A stretch of DNA of 45,615 bases from Candidatus Micrarchaeota archaeon (GCA_023270015.1 JAGDXZ010000030.1:1-45615); one strand, 5' to 3'. Shown: positions 26,364 through 33,634, counted from the first letter of the stretch. Notes: generated from the letters alone by a model not told the origin. Numbers and translations are program-made.

Positions 26364-26680
26364 TCTTCCAAGTTCTCATCAAGCCATTTCTTAAATACTT
26401 CCTTAGGCACCGCGCCAACAGACATTGCCTTTGGCACGCCATTTTCAAAAAGAAGCTCTGTAGGTATGCTCATTATGTTATATTGTATCGCAATATCTTG
26501 ATTCTCATCAGTATTGAGGGCATAGAACTTCACCCTGCCGGCATATTCTTTCTCCACTTCTCTAAGAATCGGGTCGAATATTCTGCAAGGGCCGCACCAT
26601 TCTGCCCAAAAATCAACCACTACTGGCACTTTTGACTTAAGTACCTTTTCTTCGAATTCGCTACTTTTTACTTCTTCCAC
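26360..26680 (-). CDS. trxA: thioredoxin
   Basis: VVDFWAEWCGPCR active site. The GTG at 26680 is preceded by GGTG with a 5-nt spacer and gives a 106-aa product. The 234-aa track ORF is over-extended. Confidence 0.8.
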   Translation of the reverse strand: MEEVKSSEFEEKVLKSKVPVVVDFWAEWCGPCRIFDPILREVEKEYAGRVKFYALNTDENQDIAIQYNIMSIPTELLFENGVPKAMSVGAVPKEVFKKWLDENLED

Positions 26681-26752
26681 AAAAACACCAGATACGAAGT
26701 AGTTTTTAATGAGCGAATAAATAAATATCTTTTTGTGGCTATGCACTATTGC

Positions 26753-26798
26753 ATGATGATCTATAAAGCTGAGAAGTGATGAAGATCTTGAGTGCTGA
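26753..26798 (+). ncRNA. candidate C/D box sRNA (box order C-D'-C'-D)
   Basis: AUGAUGA (26753-59), 9 nt, CUGA (26769-72), 3 nt, GUGAUGA (26776-82), 12 nt, CUGA (26795-98). It lies in the thioredoxin/histone intergenic region, ~25-30 nt downstream of an AATAAATAAATAT TATA-like box. Confidence 0.4.
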
Positions 26799-26803
26799 TG
26801 CTT

Positions 26804-27016
26804 ATGCCAATATCTGTAGATTCCGTAAAAAAGCTCGTAAAGAAGTATACGGGCTCCAATATAACCGAAGATGGCGCAGCCGAAATTGCTAGGTTCCTCG
26901 AAAAGAAGGCTAGAGAAATAGCAAAATATGCTGTGAAAAACGCGAAGAAAGAAAAAAGGAACAAAGTAACTAAAGAAGATATCGAATCCTATATCTTCAA
27001 GAAGGAGGAATTGTAG
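26804..27016 (+). CDS. archaeal histone (HMf-type histone fold)
   Basis: MPISVDSVKKLVKKYTGSNITEDGAAEIARFLEKKAREIAKYAVKNAKKEKRNKVTKEDIE aligns with the HMfB pattern (PIAP..RI.K.AG..RVS.DA...LA..LEE.....A..A.KLA.HAGRKT.K.EDIE). The start could also be 26792 or 26798. Confidence 0.8.
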   Translation: MPISVDSVKKLVKKYTGSNITEDGAAEIARFLEKKAREIAKYAVKNAKKEKRNKVTKEDIESYIFKKEEL

Positions 27017-27562
27017 ATGGTAAAAGCCTATAGGAGTGTAGACCATAGGATAAAAACAGAGCAATATGTGATGGAAGGCATCCCCAGGTTCAGCTTGGCA
27101 GAGCCAACTAAAATAGGCACGTTGCTGACTGAGTTCAACGCTGATGGGGAGGTACTAAGGCAAGAGTACCATAGAGGCAGGGATATTGTTAAGGAATTAA
27201 GCAACTTCATAGAGAATAAGGTAGAGATTGAGGAAACCGGCAAAGAGTATGAAAAAATAAAGGTCAATGCTGTATGCGAAGCTTGCGGAGGAGAGATAGA
27301 GAGAGAATTGGACAGACAAAGACCAGAGGAAATAGAAAACGTCGGTGTTGTGCCAATATATGTGTGCAAGAAATGCGGCAGAAGATATTATAGTATGAAC
27401 GACCTTTTGCTCAAGAGGCTTATCAATGAACGCAAAGACCTATTCGAGCCAAATGAGCTTGAAGAGCTTGAACAAGACGAACGAGCTTTTCTGGCGACAT
27501 TGCAGGCAAACATAATAAGAATCTTTGCATCCAAAAGGATATTTAGGCTTAAAACGAAGTAG
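27017..27562 (+). CDS. hypothetical Zn-ribbon protein
   Basis: 181 aa with a CEACGG...(31 aa)...CKKCGRRYYS pair. Its ATG directly follows the histone TAG. Confidence 0.45.
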   Translation: MVKAYRSVDHRIKTEQYVMEGIPRFSLAEPTKIGTLLTEFNADGEVLRQEYHRGRDIVKELSNFIENKVEIEETGKEYEKIKVNAVCEACGGEIERELDRQRPEEIENVGVVPIYVCKKCGRRYYSMNDLLLKRLINERKDLFEPNELEELEQDERAFLATLQANIIRIFASKRIFRLKTK

Positions 27563-27567
27563 ATCTT

Positions 27568-27804
27568 ATGGTAAGCATATCCGAGCTTTATGGAAAACGT
27601 ATTATTTCAACATCTGGCAAGTGGCTTGGCGAAGTTGAGCATGTGATAATAGACCTTGAGGAGAAGAGGGTTTCGCATCTCCTTACTGCAAAAATAGACC
27701 AGGCAAAAACCGAAGACATGCTGAAGAAAATTTTCAAAGACAGCATAAAATACGAGAGAGTAAAAAGGGTATCAGATACGATCCTAGTAGACGAGCATGC
27801 GTAG
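27568..27804 (+). CDS. PRC-barrel domain protein
   Basis: ISELYGKRIISTSGKWLGEVEHVIIDLEEKRVSHLL fits the PRC-barrel pattern. 78 aa. Confidence 0.55.
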   Translation: MVSISELYGKRIISTSGKWLGEVEHVIIDLEEKRVSHLLTAKIDQAKTEDMLKKIFKDSIKYERVKRVSDTILVDEHA

Positions 27805-28566
27805 TTATTTTGACTGCTTGAGCTCTATCTTTGCTTCAAAATCAGATGGCGTGTACTTGAATTCTTCGTCTGATTTTATCTGGCCTTTCGCCTTTAGGAG
27901 TTCTTTTGCAAGAAGGAAGTAGATCATTGCCAATGACTTTCTTCCTTTGTTGTTGCAAGGCACTATCAGATCTATGTTCTTTATCCAATTGTCAGTGTCC
28001 ACAAGCGCAACTACGGGTATGTTTATCTTGCTCGCCTCGCTCACTGCTTGATGCTCGTTCCTAGGGTCGCTTACCAATACCACATCTGGCTCCACATAAC
28101 CTTCTTTGTTAGGATTTGTGAATACGCCTGGCAGCACTCTACCTGTTATAAGCTTCGCCCCTGTTATCTCTGCAAACTTCTTTGCAGGGGTGAGGGCGTA
28201 GACCCTAGATGCAGTAACCACTATATTCTCAGAAGGGTATCTTGCCAGAAACTTGGCTGCTAAGGTTATCCTGTCAAGCACAGTCTTTATATCAAAAAGG
28301 TGAAGGCCGTCCTCTCTGGTTTTGAAAATAAATCTAGACATGCCTGGCGCCTTTATCATTGCGCCTATTTGCATGCCAGCTTCCAAGTACTCAGTATAAG
28401 CGTCAGCAGGTTGTTGCTCCTTCTGCTTTTTCTGCCTTTTAGGCTTTTCTGCCTTCTGCTCCTCTGCTTGGCTTGCATTCGCCACATCTTCAGCTTCTGT
28501 TCCGGCTTCTGCCATTAAATCACCGGGGTCGCCGAGATTTGAATTCCCGAATATTTCTCGGGTCAT
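27805..28566 (-). CDS. rps2: 30S ribosomal protein S2 (uS2) with charged N-terminal extension
   Basis: Motifs LFDIKTVLDRITLAAKFL, ITGRVLPGVFTNP, VSDPRNEHQAVSEASKINIPVVALVDTDN and VPCNNKGRKSLA. The ATG at 28515 is an alternative start. Confidence 0.9.
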   Translation of the reverse strand: MTREIFGNSNLGDPGDLMAEAGTEAEDVANASQAEEQKAEKPKRQKKQKEQQPADAYTEYLEAGMQIGAMIKAPGMSRFIFKTREDGLHLFDIKTVLDRITLAAKFLARYPSENIVVTASRVYALTPAKKFAEITGAKLITGRVLPGVFTNPNKEGYVEPDVVLVSDPRNEHQAVSEASKINIPVVALVDTDNWIKNIDLIVPCNNKGRKSLAMIYFLLAKELLKAKGQIKSDEEFKYTPSDFEAKIELKQSK

Positions 28567-28666
28567 GCGCTCCCTAAGCGCAGAGCCTACCAGGCTAGCA
28601 GACGACCCCGCAAAGCACTAACCTGGCCTAACATATTAACCTATTTATTCATAAATGCTTTTCGTT

Positions 28667-28867
28667 TCATTTACGCGTATACTCTATTATTTCATCTATC
28701 AAGTCCACATGACTTATAAGCATCCTTCTGCAGCAGTACCTTTTTACTCCTAGCTCGTCTAGTACCTTTCCAGCATCTTCGCCGTTCTTATGCACGCGCC
28801 TGTCGAACTCTTCCCACTTGTCTGCTATTACTTGGCCGCACGAAAAGCATCTCACCGGTATCATCAT
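28667..28867 (-). CDS. rpoN: DNA-directed RNA polymerase subunit N (Rpo10)
   Basis: [21 protein letters not shown]...[12 protein letters not shown]. Trimmed to the ATG at 28867 (66 aa), because the track ORF overlaps rps9. Confidence 0.9.
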   Translation of the reverse strand: MMIPVRCFSCGQVIADKWEEFDRRVHKNGEDAGKVLDELGVKRYCCRRMLISHVDLIDEIIEYTRK

Positions 28868-28871
28868 AGTA

Positions 28872-29351
28872 TCACCTATAAGACTTCTGGAACCTAGCCC
28901 TTGCCTTAGGCCCTTTGAACTTCTTAGGCTCAACCTGCCTAACATCATCTATAATGAGGCTTCTGTCATAAGTGGCGTAGATCTTCTTCACTACCTCATC
29001 CTTGCTTGCATTTACTATGACTTTTGCTATCGCACTTCTCGCCGCCTGCATTTGCCCGCTTATGCCTCCGCCCTTAACGCTCACAGCAATGTCTGAGCTC
29101 TTTGCAATTTCTTTGGTTATCTTTGAAAGGTTTATGGGCTCTAGCACAATGGTCCTCAAATACTTGTTCTCTATTGCATTAACATCCTTCCCGTTTATTG
29201 TAAGCCTGCCGGATCCCGGAACAAGCCTCGCCCTTGCCCTTGCTTCTTTTCTTCTTGCGTGAGCAGTCACTACTTTTTTCTTTGCTTTCTTCTTAGCCTT
29301 CTGCTGCAACTGCTTTTCTTCCTGAACCTGAGCTTGCTGCTCTTCAGCCAT
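28872..29351 (-). CDS. rps9: 30S ribosomal protein S9 (uS9) with K/Q-rich N-terminal extension
   Basis: [22 protein letters not shown]...[17 protein letters not shown]...[24 protein letters not shown]. Confidence 0.9.
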   Translation of the reverse strand: MAEEQQAQVQEEKQLQQKAKKKAKKKVVTAHARRKEARARARLVPGSGRLTINGKDVNAIENKYLRTIVLEPINLSKITKEIAKSSDIAVSVKGGGISGQMQAARSAIAKVIVNASKDEVVKKIYATYDRSLIIDDVRQVEPKKFKGPKARARFQKSYR

Positions 29352-29355
29352 TTTT

Positions 29356-29787
29356 TCACCTATTGTATCCTAGCTTTCTGGAAAGCTCCAGAATACTTAT
29401 GCTCTTCTCAATAACGTCCTTTTTTGTTTTTACAGGCAAGGAATATAATTGCTTGCCCTGGTATTGCTTAGGCAAGCCCATGAAAACTTTGAGCCTCTTA
29501 TAAGCGAGCTTTCCTTTTGTTTTCTTGAAAGGCAGCATTCCTCTAATTATCCTCTTTACTAAAAGATCTGGCCTCCTTGAGACATAAGGCGAGTGCTCTG
29601 GATTTGCCTTATCCTTAAACTCTACCTTCTGCTTGTAATTCTCTACGATGTCGTCGACATGGCCGCTTATCACTGCTTTTTCTGCATTTACCAAGACTAC
29701 GCTGTCACCATTGAGCAGCATCTTGGCTACTTTGCTCGCAAGCCTTCCCAAAATCTTTGAATCACAATCTATTATGTATTCGGCCAT
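29356..29787 (-). CDS. rpl13: 50S ribosomal protein L13 (uL13)
   Basis: IIDCDSKILGRLASKVAKMLLNGDSVVLVNAEKAVISG...IIRGMLP.K..KG..AYKRLKVF.G.P. Confidence 0.9.
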   Translation of the reverse strand: MAEYIIDCDSKILGRLASKVAKMLLNGDSVVLVNAEKAVISGHVDDIVENYKQKVEFKDKANPEHSPYVSRRPDLLVKRIIRGMLPFKKTKGKLAYKRLKVFMGLPKQYQGKQLYSLPVKTKKDVIEKSISILELSRKLGYNR

Positions 29788-29884
29788 TTAATTGCCACGA
29801 TGTAGTTATTATTTCTGTTAGCATTTATTTATAACTGTTACGCTTTAAGCTCTAAACGCGAGTTTCTTCTAGAGCGCGTAAATT

Positions 29885-29982
29885 GCGGGGGGTGAGATTT
29901 GAACTCACGCAGGTTCTAAACCACAGGAGTTCTGCGGCAAGACCTCAGTCCTGCGCATTTGGCCAAGCTCTGCCACCCCCGC
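29885..29982 (-). tRNA. tRNA-Leu(GAG), type II, with a ~13-nt intron at or next to position 37/38
   Basis: Manual fold. Acceptor GCGGGGG/CCCCCGC, 3-bp D stem GCA/TGC, anticodon stem CAGGA...TCCTG interrupted by ~TCTTGCCGCAGAA, and loop CUGAGG. The variable arm is GGTT-TAG-AACC and the T arm is GTGAG-TTCAAAT-CTCAC. Its 5' end abuts the rpoD stop codon. Confidence 0.75.
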
Positions 29983-30555
29983 TTATTTTTTAAGCGCATC
30001 TTCGGTGATGTCGAGCGCCTTTTCAAGCACGGCCAAGGTTTTCTCAAGTATTTCGCCTGCAGGCATCTGGCCGAAAGTCTCTATGTAAAACTCAAACTCA
30101 TCATCGCCGAGCTGCTTGTAAGTAATGTAGCCTGGCTGGAACTTTGCATGCCTTGATCCGGTGCCCATGACCGCAGTACCTTCCAGCCGTATGTGCTGGC
30201 CTTCTGCAAGCTTTATTATTGGAATCTTCTCGTTGGCAACCTTTACTTTCTTGTCCTCGCTCTTTAGCTCGCTTGAATAAACAGTCTTAGGGCCTTCTGC
30301 CTCTAGCGAGAACAGTATTTTATCCTTTTCGTCGTATCCCTTCGAAGGTGTTATGATTGGTATGAGCCCTATCCTGTGAGCAATGTATTCGTCAAACATA
30401 GCACTTGTGTTTTCGTAGAAGGTAACCGTGTCTATGGCAAACGTAGGTACGCTTCCCATGGCAATTCTTCTTATTGCGTTTGCAAACGCAGCATTTATGC
30501 CACTAATAGTAAACCTCACTGCAAAGGGGCTGTTCTCTAAAAACTTAATTTGCAT
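29983..30555 (-). CDS. rpoD: DNA-directed RNA polymerase subunit D (Rpo3), short form without Fe-S domain
   Basis: FTISGINAAFANAIRRIAMGSVPTFAIDTVTFYENTSAMFDEYIAHRIGLIPI. 190 aa. Confidence 0.85.
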   Translation of the reverse strand: MQIKFLENSPFAVRFTISGINAAFANAIRRIAMGSVPTFAIDTVTFYENTSAMFDEYIAHRIGLIPIITPSKGYDEKDKILFSLEAEGPKTVYSSELKSEDKKVKVANEKIPIIKLAEGQHIRLEGTAVMGTGSRHAKFQPGYITYKQLGDDEFEFYIETFGQMPAGEILEKTLAVLEKALDITEDALKK

Positions 30556-30606
30556 AGCACCAACTCAAAAGCAGTCAAATATTAAATTAACCGAATATAT
30601 ATAAAA

Positions 30607-31218
30607 ATGTGTGGTAGTGTGGATTTCTTCAAAGCATACCTCGATGCGAAAAAACGACAGGGGTTTGGAAATACACAAATAAGGATCGCTTCTGCCGAAA
30701 GGCCACATGTTTCTCTATCTTCACTTAGAGGCAACTTTATAGAAATAAAATATAAGCAAAGCACAATTGTGGAGTATGCTGAAAAAAGATATGTGCTTGT
30801 AAAGTCTTTAGACTATGATCTTCTCATAAGCGTTTATGATGTCAACACAAGCCGTGTTTTCGCCTTTAGAGCTGCAAAACAGGAAGATATGAAAAAACTT
30901 CTTTACAACTTTCTCAAAAGGCTTAAAAAGCCAAATTTGGAGCTTAGAGCAATAGGTATGCAGAACCTCAGAGAAGGCTATGGTGCTGACTTGCTTGCGA
31001 ACATAGAGCTTGCTTATACTGCGCTAAAGCCCAATGTTAGGCTTGTTGAATTGGATCTTTTTGGAAATGAGACAAGGCACATAGCAATAGATACTAAGAC
31101 AGGCTCCAGCAACGATGTTCTTATTTATGACCGCTTCTACAAGCCTGGCGAGCTCACGACGCAGACAAGCTTCGAGCAATTTCAGAGCTTAGTACTTGGC
31201 CACCCTACAAAAGTTTGA
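30607..31218 (+). CDS. hypothetical protein (weak CheD-fold-like pattern, catalytic residues absent)
   Basis: 203-aa ORF. The C-terminal half (LELRAIGMQN...NIELAYTALKPNVRLVELDLFGNETRHIAIDTKTG) resembles the CheD pattern from memory. This is low-confidence. Confidence 0.35.
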   Translation: MCGSVDFFKAYLDAKKRQGFGNTQIRIASAERPHVSLSSLRGNFIEIKYKQSTIVEYAEKRYVLVKSLDYDLLISVYDVNTSRVFAFRAAKQEDMKKLLYNFLKRLKKPNLELRAIGMQNLREGYGADLLANIELAYTALKPNVRLVELDLFGNETRHIAIDTKTGSSNDVLIYDRFYKPGELTTQTSFEQFQSLVLGHPTKV

Positions 31219-31756
31219 GTTCGTACAAGTTTTCATACACAGGTCCTTCAGGAGTAAGGGTGCTTTTCTTTAGCGCTATGGCCCCTACTTCAAAGTCTCC
31301 AAATTTTTCGCTTTTGTGCTTCTCAATAAGGTTGAGAAGCGGGGCTTTGTCCTTTATATATTTAACCCTAGCTATGGTGAAGTGAGGGACATAAGGAAGG
31401 CTGTGTTCGTATGGTACGCCTGCCTCTGCAAGCGCGTTTCCTATAATTGAAAAAGCAGTCTTCAGTTCCTGTACCCCTTTGCTTATTCCTAGATAAACCA
31501 CTTTTATGAATTTTGGCGAGAAATAGGAAACGCCCTCAAAAGAAACTGGAAATCGGGCTATTGAAATGCTGCTCAGGGCTTTTGTTGCTGCCTGTGCCTT
31601 CTGCTCATCAACTTCCCCTATGAAGTTAAGGGTTATGTGCATTGCTTCTTTCTTCACAAACGTAAAGGAGCCTTGCAAAGATTTTATCTCCTGCTCAAGA
31701 AGCTCTGCCTTTTCTTTTACTTCTTCTGGCACATCGATTCCTATAAAAAGCCTCAT
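31205..31756 (-). CDS. thpR: RNA 2',3'-cyclic phosphodiesterase / 2'-5' RNA ligase (2H family, LigT/ThpR)
   Basis: Two H-x-T-x motifs (HITLNF and HFTIAR) at the expected spacing. MRLFIGIDVP N-terminus. I preferred the ATG at 31756 over the GTG at 31765. Confidence 0.8.
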   Translation of the reverse strand: MRLFIGIDVPEEVKEKAELLEQEIKSLQGSFTFVKKEAMHITLNFIGEVDEQKAQAATKALSSISIARFPVSFEGVSYFSPKFIKVVYLGISKGVQELKTAFSIIGNALAEAGVPYEHSLPYVPHFTIARVKYIKDKAPLLNLIEKHKSEKFGDFEVGAIALKKSTLTPEGPVYENLYELKLL

Positions 31757-31780
31757 GAATAACACATATTAGGTGGTTTT

Positions 31781-32119
31781 ATAACTGACATTATTGACAT
31801 AGAAGAATTTAAAAAGGCAGACCTGAGGGTTGGCAAGATTGTAAAGGTTGAGCCTCATCAGCAGGCAAAGAAGCCGATGTACATAATTACAGTGGACCTT
31901 GGCGAAGAGCTTGGAGCAAGAACAATAGTCGCTGGAATAAGGGAACAGTATGGTGAAGAAGAGCTTGTTGGCAAGCTCATTGTTTGTGTTGCAAACCTCA
32001 AGCCAAAAAACGTTGCTGGAGTGGAATCACAAGGTATGCTGCTTGCTGCTGAAGATAATGGAGTAATATCTCTACTTACGCCAAACAAAGAAGTCAGACC
32101 AGGAAGTAAAATAAGATAG
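31781..32119 (+). CDS. tRNA-binding domain protein (Trbp111/CsaA/EMAP-like OB fold); start codon unresolved
   Basis: DLRVGKIVKVEPHQQAKKPMYIITVDLGEELGARTIVAGIREQYGEEELVGKLIVCVANLKPKNVAGVESQGMLLAA. The conserved domain begins upstream of the first ATG (31877). See the finding at 31763-31879. Confidence 0.65.
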   Translation: MTDIIDIEEFKKADLRVGKIVKVEPHQQAKKPMYIITVDLGEELGARTIVAGIREQYGEEELVGKLIVCVANLKPKNVAGVESQGMLLAAEDNGVISLLTPNKEVRPGSKIR

Positions 32120-32695
32120 GTGGGAAATTTGATAATAGGCATAACGGGCTATACCGGATCTGGAAAAAGCACAGTGGCAGAGATCTTACATGAAAAAGGG
32201 TTCAAGATTGTGGAAATGAGGGATGCGGTAGTGGAAGAGATGAAGAAAAGGGGCATGGAGATAAATTCGAAAAGCATGAGAGAGTTCGCTACAAAGCTTA
32301 GGGAGGAGGAAGGAAACGATGTTGTGGCTAGACTTACCTATGAAAAAATAAAGGGGGAAAAGGGAAATGTGGCGATAACCGGCATGAGAAGCACGTATGA
32401 AGAGGAATATTTCAGAAACAAGATCAAAAACTTCTTGGTTTTGGCAGTCGTCGCCCCTGAAAGAACAAGGTTTGAGAGAATAAAAAAGAGGAACAAGCCT
32501 GATGACCCGAAAACTTTTGAGGAATTCAAAAGAATAGAAAGCATGGAGCTAAACGGGTTCTCTGGAAAGAGGGACCCTGCCCATGGTCTCCAAAGCCTAA
32601 TAGACCATGCAGACCTAGTAATATTCAACACAAGCACCAAGACAAACCTCAAAAAGGACGTGGAAAAGCTAGTCGAATATTTGGAAAAGGCCTAG
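32120..32695 (+). CDS. UPF0200-type P-loop nucleotide kinase-like protein (dephospho-CoA-kinase/adenylate-kinase-like fold)
   Basis: The N-terminus reads IIGITGYTGSGKSTVAEILHEKGFKIVEMRDAVVEE (Walker A). The GTG start directly follows the upstream TAG. Confidence 0.55.
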   Translation: MGNLIIGITGYTGSGKSTVAEILHEKGFKIVEMRDAVVEEMKKRGMEINSKSMREFATKLREEEGNDVVARLTYEKIKGEKGNVAITGMRSTYEEEYFRNKIKNFLVLAVVAPERTRFERIKKRNKPDDPKTFEEFKRIESMELNGFSGKRDPAHGLQSLIDHADLVIFNTSTKTNLKKDVEKLVEYLEKA

Positions 32696-33381
32696 AAAAG
32701 AACTGCCCTGGTAAACATGCTCATTATGAAGGCTAGCACAAACATTATTACAAGATCGCCTATTAGCCAAGGCGTTGGGAATATGAGAAGCAGCAATGCA
32801 AAGATAACGGCCATTATTGCAAAATAGACTAGCTTGTTCCACCTAAACACTTTGCTTCCATCAAGAGGGAATATGGGCAGCATGTTGAAAAAGGCCAGTA
32901 TTATGCTTATTAGCATAGTGTAGAAGAACATTTGGTATAGATAGCTATGCACGGGCACTAGGAGGCTCAGTGCAAAGAAGGCTATAAAAACTGCAAAGTT
33001 GGTAAGCGGTCCTGCAAGAGAGACGTATGCGTCTTCCTTTTTTGTGAAATAGCTAGTGTAGATTACCGTAGCGCCAGGCAGGCCTATCAAAAAGCCAAAC
33101 ATACTAGTAAGCAGTGTAATAATCAATCCAGTATCTGATTTTCTAAAAGCAGCTACTGCTCCGTAGTGCTCAGCAACTACCTTGTGCATATATTCGTGTA
33201 AAACAAAAGAAAAAGTCACTGCAACTAACGCAATAGGAAAGAAAAAAGCCAAAGCGCCGATGCCCGGTGCACTTTCTATGCCTCCGTTGAAAACAAAATC
33301 AAAAGCCAAAGTCAAGACTAGATCGGCGATTAGCAAGTCTTTAATTTCCCTGCTAAGTCCAATATGCTCTCTTGCAAACAT
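32692..33381 (-). CDS. site-2 protease family (M50) intramembrane metalloprotease
   Basis: HEYMHKVVAEHYG (HExxH) within a TM helix and FNMLPIFPLDGSKV (NxxPxxxLDG). Polytopic. Confidence 0.8.
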   Translation of the reverse strand: MFAREHIGLSREIKDLLIADLVLTLAFDFVFNGGIESAPGIGALAFFFPIALVAVTFSFVLHEYMHKVVAEHYGAVAAFRKSDTGLIITLLTSMFGFLIGLPGATVIYTSYFTKKEDAYVSLAGPLTNFAVFIAFFALSLLVPVHSYLYQMFFYTMLISIILAFFNMLPIFPLDGSKVFRWNKLVYFAIMAVIFALLLLIFPTPWLIGDLVIMFVLAFIMSMFTRAVLF

Positions 33382-33437
33382 TTAACCTAACCAAAGTAAG
33401 TTGGATATTTATTTATTAACAGCAGTAATATAAAAGA

Positions 33438-33510
33438 AGCTCCATCGTCTAGAGGTCAAGGATGGCGGGCTCTGGACCCGCAGACGCCAGTTCGAATCTG
33501 GCTGGAGCTA
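33438..33510 (+). tRNA. tRNA-Gln(CUG)
   Basis: Manual fold. Acceptor AGCTCCA/TGGAGCT, anticodon arm GCGGG-CTCTGGA-CCCGC, T arm GCCAG-TTCGAAT-CTGGC, discriminator A. The A1-U72 start is typical of archaeal tRNA-Gln. Confidence 0.9.
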
Positions 33511-33531
33511 ATTTTGTGTTGTGTAAGAGTG

Positions 33532-33634
33532 GAGTGCCACTAATCAAAGTTTTATTTTTCTATATTTTATAATAAAAATAAGCAATTAACAAAAACAAAA
33601 TAAATATAAAAACAGAGGAAAAATAGTGGCACTC
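33532..33634. repeat. 11-bp inverted repeat (GAGTGCCACTA / TAGTGGCACTC) bracketing an 81-bp ~85% AT spacer
   Basis: The arms are at 33532-33542 and 33624-33634. The spacer is T-rich and then A-rich (TTTTATTTTTCTATATTTTAT ... AAAAACAAAATAAATATAAAAAC). It sits between convergent tRNA genes. Confidence 0.6.

Noticed and set aside
26681-27064. N-terminal 128 aa of the 234-aa minus-strand ORF 26360-27064
   Set aside because: Only the last ~106 aa are thioredoxin, and a GTG with a GGTG Shine-Dalgarno-like box sits at 26680. The upstream part is hydrophobic junk. It is antisense to a clear histone gene (26804-27016) and crosses the intergenic promoter region.
28868-28948. N-terminal extension of the rpoN track ORF. 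The same applies to the 40416-40433 extension of P1 and the 42965-43003 extension of the thermosome
   Set aside because: The extensions overlap the upstream gene or promoter. Canonical N-termini ([26 protein letters not shown]...) begin at internal ATGs preceded by GGTGA-type boxes.
31877-32119. Taking the first ATG (80-aa ORF) as the start of the tRNA-binding protein
   Set aside because: It would delete the conserved DLRVG.I N-terminal strand of the OB fold, which is encoded in frame upstream.
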